A stretch of 64,000 bases of DNA, from positions 27,475 through 91,474 of the forward strand of contig CAWDCJ010000009.1 of NCBI GenBank assembly GCA_963800795.1, written 5' to 3'. The translations under genes were made by a program, and so were the position numbers. Source of the stretch: an uncultured Chloroflexia bacterium (lineage in GTDB: Bacteria; Chloroflexota; Limnocylindria; Limnocylindrales; CSP1-4). Each line of letters starts with the position of its first letter. The first letter of the stretch is position 1. Below, one piece after another: positions 1 through 12,299 of the stretch. The notes below the pieces were generated by a model. The model had not been told where the DNA came from, searched no databases, and worked only from the letters and a program-made list of their open reading frames with translations.

Positions 1-369
1 TACCACGAGGTGGACTCGAGCGAGATGGCCTTCAAGATCGCCGCCTCGATGGCGGTCAAGCTGGCCGTCGAGAAGGCCGACCCGGTGATCCTCGAGCCGC
101 TCATGCGGGTCGAGGTGACGATGCCGGAGCAGTTCATGGGCGACGTGATCGGCGACCTCAACAGCCGCCGCGGCCAGATCGAGGGCATGGACTCCCGTGG
201 GACGACCCAGGTCGTCCAGGCGTTCGTCCCGCTCGCGGAGATGTTCGGGTACGCGACCGACCTGCGATCCGAGACGCAGGGCCGGGCGAGCTACTCGATG
301 GAGCTGTCTCACTACGCCGAGGTCCCCGGCAGCATCGCCGCGGAGCTCGTCCAGAAGTCAAGGGTCTAG
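1..369 (+). CDS. fusA: Elongation factor G, C-terminal part (5' truncated by window)
   Basis: Frame +1 open from base 1: [12 protein letters not shown]...EPLMRVEV...[11 protein letters not shown], the EF-G domain IV/V motifs; upstream of tuf. Confidence 0.97.
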   Translation, partial: YHEVDSSEMAFKIAASMAVKLAVEKADPVILEPLMRVEVTMPEQFMGDVIGDLNSRRGQIEGMDSRGTTQVVQAFVPLAEMFGYATDLRSETQGRASYSMELSHYAEVPGSIAAELVQKSRV

Positions 370-441
370 CAGAGGCGGAGGTCCGAGGCGGGTCCAGGCG
401 GGCCCGGCGCGGCGACGTGGAGCCAGGGAGCGCGAACAGCG

Positions 442-1638
<1,197 letters not shown>

Positions 1639-1642
1639 CCCG

Positions 1643-1951
<309 letters not shown>

Positions 1952-1953
1952 TG

Positions 1954-2076
1954 AAGGACGCGCTGATCCGGCCCATGGCGTCGTTGTCGCCTGCGGCCCC
2001 TCGCTCACGCACGCTCGGGTGCGCTCGCTCCGGTGCTCGGCTCCGCCTTGCCCTGGGCGCGGCTGAGCGCGCCCTT
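1954..2076 (-). repeat. Structured intergenic repeat, copy 1 (REP/MITE-like)
   Basis: Imperfect terminal inverted repeats 1954-1978 (aaggacgcgctgatccggcccatgg) and 2051-2076 (ccctgggcgcggctgagcgcgccctt); reverse complement of 2000-2051 matches 17020-17070 at 46 of 52 aligned positions. Confidence 0.8.
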
Positions 2077-2087
2077 GGGACACGACC

Positions 2088-2696
2088 ATGAGCATCGGAC
2101 TGATCGGCCGCAAGGTCGGCATGACCCAGGTCTTCCAGGCCGACGGCACCATGATCCCGGTGAGCGTCGTGGCCGTGGGGCCGAACACCGTGACGCGTCT
2201 CCGGACGCCGGAACGGGACGGCTACACCGCCGTGCAGCTCGGGATCGAGCCGTCGAAGAAGCTGACCAAGCCCGAGGCCGGCCAGCTCAAGGAGCTCCCG
2301 AAGGTCGCGGTGATCCGCGAGTTCCGGCTCGAGGACGTCTCGGCATACGCCGTCGGGCAGACGCTCGACGTCAACCTCTTCGCGGCCGGCGACCTCATCC
2401 ACGTGACGGGGACGTCCAAGGGCAAGGGGTTCGCGGGCAACATCAAGCGGAACAACTTCCAGCGCGGCCCCAAGACGCACGGCTCCGACCACCATCGCGC
2501 GCCGGGCTCCATCGGCCCGGGCACCACGCCCGGCCGGGTCTACCGGGGCATGCGCATGGCGGGCCACATGGGTGACGAGCGCGTCACCGTCAAGAAGCTC
2601 CAAGTCGTGCGCGTGGACTCCGACCGGAACCTCCTCCTCGTGAAGGGGTCCGTGCCCGGTGCGCCGAACGCGCTCGTCCTCGTGAAGAAGGCCTGA
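2088..2696 (+). CDS. rplC: 50S ribosomal protein L3
   Basis: GRKVGMTQVF, GTSKGKGFAG, GPKTHGS, MAGHMG. Confidence 0.99.
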   Translation: MSIGLIGRKVGMTQVFQADGTMIPVSVVAVGPNTVTRLRTPERDGYTAVQLGIEPSKKLTKPEAGQLKELPKVAVIREFRLEDVSAYAVGQTLDVNLFAAGDLIHVTGTSKGKGFAGNIKRNNFQRGPKTHGSDHHRAPGSIGPGTTPGRVYRGMRMAGHMGDERVTVKKLQVVRVDSDRNLLLVKGSVPGAPNALVLVKKA

Positions 2697-2698
2697 CC

Positions 2699-3322
2699 AT
2701 GCCGCAGACGACGCTCTATGCCCGGACGGGCGAGGCGATCGGGACGGTGGAGCTCTCGGAGGAGCTCTTCGCCGCGCCGGTCAACGCGGCCGTCCTCCAC
2801 CAGGTCGTGACCGCGCAGCTTGCCGGTCGTCGGCTGGGCACCAGCGACACGAAGACGCGCGGCGAGGTCGCCGGCGGCGGCAAGAAGCCGTACCGCCAGA
2901 AGGGGACCGGCCGGGCCCGCCAGGGCTCGCGCCGCGCGCCGCACTTCACCGGCGGCGGCGTGGTCTTCGGTCCCCATCCGCGCTCGTATGCCCAGCGCCT
3001 GCCGCGCAAGATGAAGCGCCTCGCGCTCCGCGGCGCGCTGACCGCCAAGCTCGGCGGCGACGCGATCCGGGTCCTCGACGCCTTCGGGCTGGACGCGATC
3101 CGGACGAAGGACCTGCTGGGCGTCCTGGACAACCTCAAGGTGGCCGGCCGGGTCCTGATCGTCTCGCCGGCCCGCGACGAACGCCTCGACCTCTCGGCCC
3201 GGAACCTCGCCCGCGTGGCGGTCCTGCTGGCCGACTCGCTCAACGTCGTGGACCTCCTCAACGCGGACACGATCGTGATCGAGCAGCCCGCGCTCGCCCG
3301 CCTCGAGGAGGTGTACGCATGA
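2699..3322 (+). CDS. rplD: 50S ribosomal protein L4
   Basis: [26 protein letters not shown]. Confidence 0.99.
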   Translation: MPQTTLYARTGEAIGTVELSEELFAAPVNAAVLHQVVTAQLAGRRLGTSDTKTRGEVAGGGKKPYRQKGTGRARQGSRRAPHFTGGGVVFGPHPRSYAQRLPRKMKRLALRGALTAKLGGDAIRVLDAFGLDAIRTKDLLGVLDNLKVAGRVLIVSPARDERLDLSARNLARVAVLLADSLNVVDLLNADTIVIEQPALARLEEVYA

Positions 3323-3621
3323 CGCTCACCGCCCACGAGGTGATCGTCCGGCCGATCATCAGCGAGAAGTCGATGGACGAGTCCGGCCGCGGCAAGTACA
3401 CGTTCGAGGTTCACGGCGACGCGTCCAAGATCCAGGTCAAGGCGGCCGTCGAGGAGCTCTTCAAGGTCCAGGTCACGGCCGTCAACGTCCTGACGACGAA
3501 GGCCAAGGAGAAGCGCCGCGGCACCAAGCGCGGCCGGATCACGGGCTGGACCACGCCCTGGCGCAAGGCGATCGTGACGCTCGCCGCGGGCCAGAAGATC
3601 GAATTCTTCGAGGGGGTGTAG
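3319..3621 (+). CDS. rplW: 50S ribosomal protein L23
   Basis: RPIISEKS...[12 protein letters not shown]...KAIVTL; operon position. Confidence 0.97.
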   Translation: MTLTAHEVIVRPIISEKSMDESGRGKYTFEVHGDASKIQVKAAVEELFKVQVTAVNVLTTKAKEKRRGTKRGRITGWTTPWRKAIVTLAAGQKIEFFEGV

Positions 3622-3623
3622 CC

Positions 3624-4454
3624 ATGCCGCTCCGAAGCTACAAGCCCACCTCTGCCGGCCGGCGGTTCATGACCCGCTCGACGTTCGAGGAGATCACCAC
3701 CAAGGAGCCCTACAAGCCGCTCCTGGAGCCGAAGAAGCGCGGCTCGGGCCGCAACAACCAGGGCCGCCTGACCGTTCGCCACCGCGGTGGCGGCGAGAAG
3801 CAGCACTACCGCATCATCGACTTCCGGCGCGACAAGGTTGGCGTGCCGGCCAAGGTCGCGACCGTCGAGTACGACCCGAACCGCTCGGCCCGGATCGGCC
3901 TCCTTCACTACCGCGACGGCGAGAAGCGCTACATGCTGCTTCCGCACGGCCTGAAGGTGGGCGATGTCGTGGTCGCCGGTCCCGACGCCGAGGCCCGCGT
4001 CGGGAACGCCCTGCCGCTGTCGAGCATCCCGCTGGGCACCACGATCCACAACATCGAGCTGATCCCCGGCAAGGGCGGCCAGATCGTCCGGTCCGCGGGC
4101 GGCGCGGCCCAGCTCCTCGCCAAGGAAGGCGACTACGCCACCGTGCGGCTGCCGTCCGGCGAGATGCGTCGCGTGCCGCTGCGCTGCGTGGCGACGATCG
4201 GGCAGGTTTCGAACCTGGACCACGAGAACCAGAGCCTCGGGAAGGCCGGCCGGGCCCGCCACATGGGCCTTCGACCGGAGACCCGGGGCGTCGCGATGAC
4301 CCCACGTGACCATCCGCACGGCGGCGGCGAGGGCAAGTCCCCGACGGGCATGCCCCCCAAGACGCCGTGGGGGAAGCCGGCGATGGGGTACCGGACGCGG
4401 CGCGGGACGAAGGCGGATCGCCTGATCGTCCGGTCGCGGCACCGCAAGTCGTAG
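3624..4454 (+). CDS. rplB: 50S ribosomal protein L2
   Basis: [35 protein letters not shown]. Confidence 0.99.
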   Translation: MPLRSYKPTSAGRRFMTRSTFEEITTKEPYKPLLEPKKRGSGRNNQGRLTVRHRGGGEKQHYRIIDFRRDKVGVPAKVATVEYDPNRSARIGLLHYRDGEKRYMLLPHGLKVGDVVVAGPDAEARVGNALPLSSIPLGTTIHNIELIPGKGGQIVRSAGGAAQLLAKEGDYATVRLPSGEMRRVPLRCVATIGQVSNLDHENQSLGKAGRARHMGLRPETRGVAMTPRDHPHGGGEGKSPTGMPPKTPWGKPAMGYRTRRGTKADRLIVRSRHRKS

Positions 4455-4467
4455 GAGGAGACGAAGC

Positions 4468-4752
4468 ATGTCGCGTTCGGTCAAGAAAGGACCGTTCGTC
4501 GAGGCGCGGCTCCTCGGCCGCGTCCAGGAGATGAACAAGAAGAACGAGCGGAAGATCGTGCGCACGTGGTCGCGTGCCTCGGTCGTCTTCCCGGACTTCA
4601 TCGGGCACACGATCGCCGTCTACAACGGCCGCAAGCACGTGCCCGTCTACGTCACCGAGAACATGGTCGGTCACCGGCTGGGCGAGTTCGCCCCGACCCG
4701 CACGTTCCGCGGGCACGACAAGAAGACCGACCGTTCCACGGCCGTGCGGTAG
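4468..4752 (+). CDS. rpsS: 30S ribosomal protein S19
   Basis: RSVKKGPF...TWSRAS...[11 protein letters not shown]. Confidence 0.99.
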   Translation: MSRSVKKGPFVEARLLGRVQEMNKKNERKIVRTWSRASVVFPDFIGHTIAVYNGRKHVPVYVTENMVGHRLGEFAPTRTFRGHDKKTDRSTAVR

Positions 4753-4763
4753 GGGACCAGATC

Positions 4764-5102
4764 GTGCGCGTTTCTGCCACCGCCAAGTACCTCCGCGGGT
4801 CCACCCGCAAGGCGAATCTCGTCACCTCGGCCATCCGCGGTCGCCGGGTCGAGGACGCGAGCGCGATCCTGCGCTTCATGCCGCAGGGCGCCGCTCGCGA
4901 CGTCGCGCGCGTTCTCGCGAGCGCGACCGCGAACGCCGAGAACAACCACAACCTCGCGGCCGAGGACCTCGTGATCGTCGAGGCCCACGCGAATGAGGGC
5001 CCCACCCTCAAGCGCTGGAAGCCGCGTGCCCAGGGTCGGGCCTTTGCCATCCACAAGCCGATGACCCACATCACCATCGTCCTCGAAGAGCGGGAGGCCT
5101 GA
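4764..5102 (+). CDS. rplV: 50S ribosomal protein L22
   Basis: GTG at 4764 inside ORF 4566-5102; [25 protein letters not shown]. Confidence 0.96.
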   Translation: MRVSATAKYLRGSTRKANLVTSAIRGRRVEDASAILRFMPQGAARDVARVLASATANAENNHNLAAEDLVIVEAHANEGPTLKRWKPRAQGRAFAIHKPMTHITIVLEEREA

Positions 5103-5103
5103 C

Positions 5104-5793
5104 ATGGGACACAAGGTCCACCCGTACGGCTTCCGCCTGGGGGTCAGCCGCACCTGGTCGGCGAAGTGGTACGCCGACAAGGAGTACGCCACCCTGCTCC
5201 AGGAAGACCTGGCGATGCGCACGCTCATCGAGCGGCGGCTGGCGAATGCAAGCGTCGGCGGCGTCGAGATCGAGCGCGGGATCAACTACGTGACGGTCAC
5301 GATCCACACGGCGAAGCCGGGCATCGTCATCGGCAAGGGCGGCGCGAACGTCGAGATCCTGCGCAAGCAGATCGGCGACCTCACCAAGCCCCGCAAGGTG
5401 AAGCTGGAGATCAAGGAGATCCGCCAGCCGGAGCTCGACGCCTACCTGGTGGCGGCCAACGTCGCCCAGCAGCTGAGCCGCCGGATCGCCTTCCGAAAGG
5501 CGATGAAGCAGGCCATCCAGCGCACCATGAAGGCGGGCGCCAAGGGCGTCAAGATCGCCGTCGCCGGCCGCCTGGGCGGCTCGGAGATGGCGCGCCGGGA
5601 GTGGGACCGCGAGGGCCGGATCCCGCTCGGGACGCTCCGCGCGGACATCAGCTACGGCTACGTGCTGTCGCGCACGACCTACGGCACGATCGGTGTCAAG
5701 GTCTGGATCTACCGGGGCGACGTTCCGGACCAGCGGGTCACGCGGCCGGTGGCCGCCCAGGCAGCCGCGCCCGCCGCGGTCCAGGGGGCGTGA
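5104..5793 (+). CDS. rpsC: 30S ribosomal protein S3
   Basis: [34 protein letters not shown]. Confidence 0.99.
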   Translation: MGHKVHPYGFRLGVSRTWSAKWYADKEYATLLQEDLAMRTLIERRLANASVGGVEIERGINYVTVTIHTAKPGIVIGKGGANVEILRKQIGDLTKPRKVKLEIKEIRQPELDAYLVAANVAQQLSRRIAFRKAMKQAIQRTMKAGAKGVKIAVAGRLGGSEMARREWDREGRIPLGTLRADISYGYVLSRTTYGTIGVKVWIYRGDVPDQRVTRPVAAQAAAPAAVQGA

Positions 5794-5797
5794 CGCC

Positions 5798-6217
5798 ATG
5801 CTGATGCCCCGTCGCGTCAAGCATCGCAAGGTCATGCGCGGCCGGATGGCCGGCATGTCCAAGGGCGGCACCGTCGTCTCGTTCGGCGAGTTCGGCCTCA
5901 TCACCCTGGAGCCCGCCTGGATCACCAGCCGCCAGATCGAGGCCGCCCGGCGTGCGATGACCCGCTCCGTCAAGCGCGGCGGCAAGATCTGGATCCGGAT
6001 CTTCCCGGACAAGCCGGCCACGAAGAAGCCGGCCGAGACCCGCATGGGCTCCGGCAAGGGCGCCCCCGACCACTGGGTTGCCGTGGTGCGGCCCGGCCGG
6101 ATCCTCTTCGAGATGGCCGGAGTCGATCGCGAGCAGGCCGTCGAGGCGATGCGCCTGGCGAGCCACAAGCTCCCGGTCGCCACGCGCTTCATCGTGAAGG
6201 AGGAGGAGAGCGCGTGA
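5798..6217 (+). CDS. rplP: 50S ribosomal protein L16
   Basis: ATG 5798, [11 protein letters not shown]...[11 protein letters not shown]. Confidence 0.98.
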   Translation: MLMPRRVKHRKVMRGRMAGMSKGGTVVSFGEFGLITLEPAWITSRQIEAARRAMTRSVKRGGKIWIRIFPDKPATKKPAETRMGSGKGAPDHWVAVVRPGRILFEMAGVDREQAVEAMRLASHKLPVATRFIVKEEESA

Positions 6218-6420
6218 TCGACATCGACAAGTTGCGCGCCCTGACGGACGCGGAGCTCGACCAGGCGCTCAAGGATGCCAAGCGCGACCTGTGGCAGGCC
6301 CGCTTCGAGCTCGCCACGCGCCAGCTGAAGGACTACACCGCGATCTCCGGCACCCGCCGGACCATCGCCCGGATCCTCACCGTCCGCCACGAGCGCGAGC
6401 TCGCGGACAAGAGCGCGTAG
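6214..6420 (+). CDS. rpmC: 50S ribosomal protein L29
   Basis: [13 protein letters not shown]...RRTIARILT; operon position. Confidence 0.95.
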   Translation: MIDIDKLRALTDAELDQALKDAKRDLWQARFELATRQLKDYTAISGTRRTIARILTVRHERELADKSA

Positions 6421-6430
6421 GGGGTCCGGC

Positions 6431-6811
6431 ATGGCAGGAGCAACACACGTGCAGGGCAATCGGAAGACGAAGGTCGGGCGCGTCGTCAGCGACAAGATGG
6501 ACAAGACGATCGTCGTCTCCGTCGAGCGCCTGACGCGCCATCCGCTGTACAAGCGGGTGATCCGGGCCTCCAGCAAGTTCGCGGCGCACGACGAGCTCAA
6601 TGCGGCGCGCGTCGGTGACACCGTCCGCATCGAGGAGTCACGGCCACTGTCGCGCACCAAGCGCTGGCAGCTCGTCGAGGTCCTCTCCCGCGCGGGCGAG
6701 GACCAGCCGTCCGAGCTCCTGGTCGAGGAGTCGGCCACGACCGAGGCGATCCACGCTGCGGCGCATCCGGGCAAGGCGCACGCCGAGACCGGGGAGGGAG
6801 CCGAGGCGTGA
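6431..6811 (+). CDS. rpsQ: 30S ribosomal protein S17 with C-terminal extension
   Basis: [14 protein letters not shown]...[11 protein letters not shown]. Confidence 0.97.
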   Translation: MAGATHVQGNRKTKVGRVVSDKMDKTIVVSVERLTRHPLYKRVIRASSKFAAHDELNAARVGDTVRIEESRPLSRTKRWQLVEVLSRAGEDQPSELLVEESATTEAIHAAAHPGKAHAETGEGAEA

Positions 6812-7176
6812 TCCAGCAGCAGACCCGGCTCCGCGTGGCGGACAACACGGGCGCGCGCGTGATCCAGTGCATCCGGATCATGGGCCGCTCGCGCGCGACC
6901 ACCGCGGAGGTCGGCGATGTCATCGTCGCCAGCGTCAAGCAGGCGATCCCGAATGCCGCCGTGAAGAAGGGCGACGTCGTGCGCGCCGTCGTGGTCCGGA
7001 CCGCGAAGGAATACGGCCGGCCGGATGGCAGCTACATCCGGTTCGACGAGAACGCCGCCGTCCTCATCAACAACCAGGGCAACCCGCGCGGGACACGGAT
7101 CTTCGGACCCGTTGCGCGCGAGCTGCGCGATCGGAACTACATGAAGATCGTCTCCCTCGCCCCGGAGGTGCTCTGA
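6808..7176 (+). CDS. rplN: 50S ribosomal protein L14
   Basis: VADNTGA...IRFDENAAV...[12 protein letters not shown]. Confidence 0.99.
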   Translation: MIQQQTRLRVADNTGARVIQCIRIMGRSRATTAEVGDVIVASVKQAIPNAAVKKGDVVRAVVVRTAKEYGRPDGSYIRFDENAAVLINNQGNPRGTRIFGPVARELRDRNYMKIVSLAPEVL

Positions 7177-7177
7177 G

Positions 7178-7579
7178 ATGGCCCGCGCCGTCACACCCCG
7201 GGTGACCAAGGTCCCGGAGATCCGCAAGGGTGACACGATCCTCCTGCTCGGCGGCAAGGACGCCGGGAAGCGGGGGACCGTGGAGCGCGTGGACCGACCG
7301 CTCACGCCCGGCACGCCTTATCGCGTGGTCGTGCAGGGACTCAACATCGCGAAGCGGCACACGAAGCCGCGCCCGCGCATGAACCAGAACGATCGCACGC
7401 CCCAGATGCAGCAGGGTGGCATCGTCGAGAAGCCCCTCCCGATCGCCGTCGGGAAGGTCATGCTGGTGTGTCCCCGCTGCGATCAGCCGACGCGGATCCG
7501 GCACCTCCTCCTGGAGAGCGGCGCCAGCGTCCGCGCCTGCGGTCGCTGTGGCCAGCCGGTGGAGGTGAAGGGCGCGTGA
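7178..7579 (+). CDS. rplX: 50S ribosomal protein L24
   Basis: [17 protein letters not shown] (KOW)...[12 protein letters not shown]. Confidence 0.96.
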   Translation: MARAVTPRVTKVPEIRKGDTILLLGGKDAGKRGTVERVDRPLTPGTPYRVVVQGLNIAKRHTKPRPRMNQNDRTPQMQQGGIVEKPLPIAVGKVMLVCPRCDQPTRIRHLLLESGASVRACGRCGQPVEVKGA

Positions 7580-8118
7580 GCGGCAACCTCAAGGGGCGCT
7601 ACGCGACCGAGGTCGTCCCGGCGCTGACCAAGCAGTTCGCCTACCGCAACCCGATGCAGGTGCCCCGACTCGACAAGATCGTGGTGAACATCGGGCTCGG
7701 CGAGGCGCTCACCAACGCCAAGGCCGTCGACGCCGCGGTCGGTGACCTGGCCCTCATCACGGGCCAGAAGCCGATCGTCACGAAGGCCAAGCGCTCCATC
7801 GCCCAGTTCCGTCTCCGGACGGGTAACACGATCGGCGCCAAGGTGACCCTCCGCGGCGAGCGGATGTGGGATTTCCTGGAGCGACTGAGCGTCCTGGCGC
7901 TCCCGCGCATCCGCGACTTCCGGGGCATCCCGGCCAAGTCGTTCGACGGGCGCGGCAACTACAGCCTCGGGATGCGCGAGCAGCTCGCGTTCCCCGAGAT
8001 CGATTACGACAAGGTCGACCGTCTCCGCGGGCTGGAGATCAGCATCGTGACGACGGCGAAGACCGACGAGGAGTCCCGGAAGCTTCTGGAGCTCCTCGGC
8101 ATGCCCTTCGCCGGCTAG
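7576..8118 (+). CDS. rplE: 50S ribosomal protein L5
   Basis: GTG 7576; [30 protein letters not shown]. Confidence 0.98.
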   Translation: MSGNLKGRYATEVVPALTKQFAYRNPMQVPRLDKIVVNIGLGEALTNAKAVDAAVGDLALITGQKPIVTKAKRSIAQFRLRTGNTIGAKVTLRGERMWDFLERLSVLALPRIRDFRGIPAKSFDGRGNYSLGMREQLAFPEIDYDKVDRLRGLEISIVTTAKTDEESRKLLELLGMPFAG

Positions 8119-8134
8119 CGCGGGGAGGAGGACC

Positions 8135-8320
8135 ATGGCCAAGAAATCGCTGATTGCAAAGGCGAAGCGAACGCCCAGGCACAAGGCGCAGGCATACCAC
8201 CGGTGCACGCTGTGTGGCCGGCCCCGCGCCTATATGCGTCGGTTTGCGCTCTGCCGAATCTGCTTCCGGGAGCGTGCCCTCGCGGGCGAGATCCCGGGCG
8301 TGACGAAGTCGAGCTGGTGA
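8135..8320 (+). CDS. rpsN: 30S ribosomal protein S14, zinc-binding type
   Basis: 61 aa with CTLC and CRICFR (four Cys). Confidence 0.97.
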   Translation: MAKKSLIAKAKRTPRHKAQAYHRCTLCGRPRAYMRRFALCRICFRERALAGEIPGVTKSSW

Positions 8321-8327
8321 GCCGACG

Positions 8328-8726
8328 ATGAACGTCTCCGATCCGATCGCGGACATGCTCACGCGCATCCGCAACGCGTCGCGGGCGCACCACCTCGAGG
8401 TGGTCGTCCCGGCATCCCGCGTGAAGCGCGAGATCGCGCGCATCCTCGTCGACGAGGGTTTCATCGCCTCCTTCAGCGAGGGGCGCGACGGGGTGCATCC
8501 CGTCATCACGCTCCACCTCAAGTACGTCGATGGCAAGGCCTCGGTCGTCTCCGGGCTCAAGCGCATCAGCAAGCCCGGCCTCCGGGTCTACGCGCGCAAG
8601 ACCGACATCCCCCGGGTCCTGGGTGGCCTGGGCATCGTCATCGTCAGCACCAGCCAGGGCATCATGACCGGCGCGCAGGCTCGCAAGGCCCAGCTCGGCG
8701 GCGAAGTCCTCGCGTACGTCTGGTAG
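8328..8726 (+). CDS. rpsH: 30S ribosomal protein S8
   Basis: [32 protein letters not shown]. Confidence 0.99.
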   Translation: MNVSDPIADMLTRIRNASRAHHLEVVVPASRVKREIARILVDEGFIASFSEGRDGVHPVITLHLKYVDGKASVVSGLKRISKPGLRVYARKTDIPRVLGGLGIVIVSTSQGIMTGAQARKAQLGGEVLAYVW

Positions 8727-8737
8727 GGGGGACGGCG

Positions 8738-9289
8738 ATGTCGCGTATCGGCCGTCAGCCGATCCTGGTGCCCGCGGGAGTCGAGGTCCATCTCGATGGC
8801 CCGGTCATCACGGTCAAGGGCCCCAGGGGGACCCTGACCCGCTCCCTCCCGGCCGCGATGACCGTGGAGACCAGCGAGGGAAGCCTCCTGGTGACCCGCC
8901 CATCGGACCTCAAGCAGCACAAGCAGCTCCACGGGCTGACCCGCACGCTCGTCGCCAACATGGTGGAGGGCGTGACGAACGGCTACCGGAAGGGTCTCGA
9001 GATCACGGGCGTCGGCTACCGCGCCCAGAAGATCGGCGACAAGCTGCAGCTCAACCTCGGGTACAGCCATCCCGTCGAGATCGTGCCCCCGGATGGCATC
9101 AGCTTCGAGGTGGAGACCCCGCTCAAGCTGGCCGTCCTCGGGATCGACAAGGAGCTCGTCGGCCAGGTTGCCGCCCGCGTCCGGGCAACCCGGAAGCCCG
9201 AGCCATACAAGGGCAAGGGCGTCCGCTACGCCGGCGAGGTGATCCGCCGCAAGGCCGGCAAGGCCGGCAAGATCGGCGGAAAGAAGTAA
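8738..9289 (+). CDS. rplF: 50S ribosomal protein L6
   Basis: [28 protein letters not shown]. Confidence 0.99.
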   Translation: MSRIGRQPILVPAGVEVHLDGPVITVKGPRGTLTRSLPAAMTVETSEGSLLVTRPSDLKQHKQLHGLTRTLVANMVEGVTNGYRKGLEITGVGYRAQKIGDKLQLNLGYSHPVEIVPPDGISFEVETPLKLAVLGIDKELVGQVAARVRATRKPEPYKGKGVRYAGEVIRRKAGKAGKIGGKK

Positions 9290-9305
9290 CGGAAGGACGA
9301 CCACG

Positions 9306-9668
9306 ATGACGAAGGCCGCCACGCGCGGCGCCGCCCGGCAGAAACGGCACGAGCGGATTCGCCTCCGGTTGGAGGGGACGTCCGCGCGGCCGCGCCTTGC
9401 GGTCTACCGCAGCCTCAACCACATCTATGCACAGGTGATCGACGACAGCGCCGGTCGCACCCTCGCCGCCGCGTCCTCTCTCGAGCCGGAGCTCAAGGGC
9501 GGGAAGCAGACGAAGGTCGACGAAGCGAAAGTGGTCGGACGTCTGGTCGCCGAGCGGGCCCGCACCGCCGGAGTCGCGCAGGTCGTCTTCGACCGGGCCG
9601 GGTATCGCTACCACGGCCGGGTCAAGACGCTCGCCGATGCCGCGCGGGAAGCCGGTCTCGACTTCTAG
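9306..9668 (+). CDS. rplR: 50S ribosomal protein L18
   Basis: [27 protein letters not shown]. Confidence 0.98.
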   Translation: MTKAATRGAARQKRHERIRLRLEGTSARPRLAVYRSLNHIYAQVIDDSAGRTLAAASSLEPELKGGKQTKVDEAKVVGRLVAERARTAGVAQVVFDRAGYRYHGRVKTLADAAREAGLDF

Positions 9669-9684
9669 GAGGAGAAGACCGCCA

Positions 9685-10218
9685 GTGGCCAGGATCGACC
9701 CAGCCAAGCTCACGCTCGAGGAGCGTGTCGTTCAGATCAACCGTGTCGCCAAGGTCGTCAAGGGCGGGCGCCGCTTCAGCTTCTCGGCCGTCGTCATCGT
9801 CGGAGACGGCCAGGGCCACGTGGGTGCCGGGCTCGGCAAGGCCGGCGAGGTGCCCGAGGCGATCCGCAAGGGCGTCGAGGACGCCAAGAAGAACCTCATC
9901 AAGATCCCGACCGTGGGAACCACGATCCCGCACGAAGTGCGCGCCGAGTACGCGGCGGCCAAGGTCCTCCTCAAGCCTGCCTCGCAGGGGACCGGGGTCA
10001 TCGCCGGCGGCTCCGTTCGCTCCGTGGTGGAGGCAGCCGGCATCCGGGACATCCTCTCGAAGGTCCACGGTTCCACCAACCCGGTCAACGTCGTGCGCGC
10101 CACGATCGAGGCGCTTCGCGACCTCTCGTCGGCGGAGGAGATCTCCGCGCGCCGAGGCGTGCCGGTTCGCCTGTTCGTCGCCGGCCAGCCAACCACGGAG
10201 GCCGCAGATGGCCGCTAG
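9685..10218 (+). CDS. rpsE: 30S ribosomal protein S5
   Basis: GTG 9685 after GGAGGAG; [22 protein letters not shown]. Confidence 0.98.
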   Translation: MARIDPAKLTLEERVVQINRVAKVVKGGRRFSFSAVVIVGDGQGHVGAGLGKAGEVPEAIRKGVEDAKKNLIKIPTVGTTIPHEVRAEYAAAKVLLKPASQGTGVIAGGSVRSVVEAAGIRDILSKVHGSTNPVNVVRATIEALRDLSSAEEISARRGVPVRLFVAGQPTTEAADGR

Positions 10219-10417
10219 GCTCAAGGTGACCCAGGTCCGGAGCACGATCAGCCATATCGCCCGCAATCGCGCGACGATCAAGGCCCTCGGGCTTCACCGG
10301 ATCGGCGACACGGTCGTGGTGCCGGACAACGAGGCGACGCGCGGGATGGTCCGCGCGGTCCGATTCCTCGTCGAGGTGGAGGAGCTCCCCGAGATCGCGG
10401 CGGAGGAATCCCGATGA
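10208..10417 (+). CDS. rpmD: 50S ribosomal protein L30
   Basis: ATG 10208; [10 protein letters not shown]...ALGLHRIG. Confidence 0.95.
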   Translation: MAARLKVTQVRSTISHIARNRATIKALGLHRIGDTVVVPDNEATRGMVRAVRFLVEVEELPEIAAEESR

Positions 10418-10972
10418 AGCTGCACGATCTGCGGCCGGCCGAAGGCGCGCACACGGCGAAGACCCGCGTGGGGCGGGGCATCGCCGCCGGCAAGGGCAAG
10501 ACCGCCGGCCGGGGCACCAAGGGGCAGAAGTCCCGGGCCGGCAGCTCCATCCCGGCCTGGTTCGAAGGCGGCCAGACGCCGATCCACATCCGGATCCCGA
10601 AGCTCCACGGCTTTCGCAACTTCAACAGGATCGAGTACGAGGTCGTCAACGTGGGCGCCATCAGCGCCGCGATCGAGCATCGGGCGCCTTCCCGAGGGTG
10701 ACCTGCCCGGCGCGCCGAAGCGGCCCACGCCTGCCCCGGTCACCGTGAACCAGGAGCTCCTGCGCATGGCCGGACTGGTCCGGACCCTCGACAAGCCGCT
10801 CAAGATCCTCGGCGGGGGCGACGTGAGCCGCCCGATGTTCGTGGTCGCCGACGCTTTCACCAAGAGCGCCCGCGAGAAGATCGAGGCCGCCGGCGGCACG
10901 GTCCAGGTGATCGAGATCCCGACTTCCCTGCTCGCTGCCATCGGCGTCGAGCCCGCGGCCGGCGCGGACTGA
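10414..10972 (+). CDS. rplO: 50S ribosomal protein L15 (frameshift near 10680, probably an assembly error)
   Basis: N-half 10414-10701 ([24 protein letters not shown]); C-half in frame of 10745-10972 (KILGGG...[10 protein letters not shown]). Confidence 0.95.
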
Positions 10973-10984
10973 CGCGGCCCAGCC

Positions 10985-12268
10985 GTGTTCGACTCCATCC
11001 TCAACGCGTTCCGAGCGCCGGACATCCGGCGCCGCATCCTGTTCGTCCTCGGCGCCCTCATCGTGTTCCGGGCGCTCGCCCACGTCCCGGTTCCCGGCGC
11101 GGACCCGACCAAGCTGGCGGCGTTCTTCAACAACAACGCGCTCTTCGGCCTGCTGGACCTGTTCTCCGGCGGTGGCCTGTCGCGGTTCTCCGTGGTGGGC
11201 CTGGGCGTTAACCCGTACATCAACGCGTCGATCATCATGCAGCTGATGACGGGCGTCGTACCCGCCCTCACGGCGCTCCAGCGCGAGGGTGAGTACGGGC
11301 GCAACAAGATCAACCAGTACACCCGCTACCTCACGGTGCCCCTGGCGATCCTCCAGAGCTACGGCTTCCTGGCGGTCCTCAACCAGGCGGGCGTGCTCAA
11401 CACGACCTTCGACCTCGCCTCGTTCGGGACGCTGACCCAGATCATCAGCCTCACCGCCGGCTCGATCCTCCTGATGTGGATCGGCGAGCTGATCACGGAG
11501 AAGGGGATCGGCAACGGCATCAGCTTCATCATCTTCGCCGGCATCGTCGGCCGGGTGCCGCAGGCGCTCGGGACGTTCCTCGATTCGCCCAACATCCCCG
11601 CCCTCGCCGTCTTCGGCGTCTTCGCGGTGTTCGCGGTTGGCGCGATCGTGTTCATCACCGAGGGCCAGCGGCGCATCCCCGTCCAGTACGCGAGTCGCGT
11701 CCGCGGGCGGCGGATGTACCAGGGCGGCACCACGTTCCTGCCGCTGCGGGTCAACCAGGCGGGCGTCATCCCGATCATCTTCGCGGTGAGCATCCTGCTC
11801 TTCCCCAGCCAGATCGCGGGCTACTTCGCCCAGAGCCAGGTGACGGCCGTGGCGGACGTCGCGACGTTCTTCGTGAACACGTTCGGCCCGTCCAACCTGC
11901 TTGTCTATGGGTCGCTCTACTTCCTCCTGACCGTCGGCTTCACCTACTTCTATACGGCCTTCACGTTCAAGCCGGACGAGACGGCCGAGCAGCTCCGCAA
12001 GAACGGCGGCTTCATCCCGGGCATCCGTCCCGGACGGCCGACCCAGGACTACCTCGCCCGCGTGGTCAACCGGATCACGGTCGCCGGGGCGCTGTTCCTG
12101 GGGATCGTGGCGGTCGCACCGTTCGTTTTCCAGGCGTTCATCCCGAGCCTGTCCGGCCTCTCCCTGGGAGGCACCAGCATCCTGATCGTCGTCTCGGTCG
12201 TGGTCGAGACGATGAAGCAGCTGGAAGCGCAGCTCATGATGCGCAACTACGAGGGGTTCATCCGGTGA
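10985..12268 (+). CDS. secY: Preprotein translocase subunit SecY
   Basis: GVNPYINASII, GIGNGISFIIF, RIPVQYA, FIPGIRPG; multi-TM. Confidence 0.99.
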   Translation: MFDSILNAFRAPDIRRRILFVLGALIVFRALAHVPVPGADPTKLAAFFNNNALFGLLDLFSGGGLSRFSVVGLGVNPYINASIIMQLMTGVVPALTALQREGEYGRNKINQYTRYLTVPLAILQSYGFLAVLNQAGVLNTTFDLASFGTLTQIISLTAGSILLMWIGELITEKGIGNGISFIIFAGIVGRVPQALGTFLDSPNIPALAVFGVFAVFAVGAIVFITEGQRRIPVQYASRVRGRRMYQGGTTFLPLRVNQAGVIPIIFAVSILLFPSQIAGYFAQSQVTAVADVATFFVNTFGPSNLLVYGSLYFLLTVGFTYFYTAFTFKPDETAEQLRKNGGFIPGIRPGRPTQDYLARVVNRITVAGALFLGIVAVAPFVFQAFIPSLSGLSLGGTSILIVVSVVVETMKQLEAQLMMRNYEGFIR

Positions 12269-12299
12269 CGGCGCGAGCCCTGCTGGCCGGGGGGCCTCG

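Noticed and set aside
5071-7314. Long antisense ORFs (also 23644-25722, 26059-27756, 50614-52782 and others)
   Set aside because: Shadow ORFs typical of high-GC DNA opposite well-supported genes; no motifs
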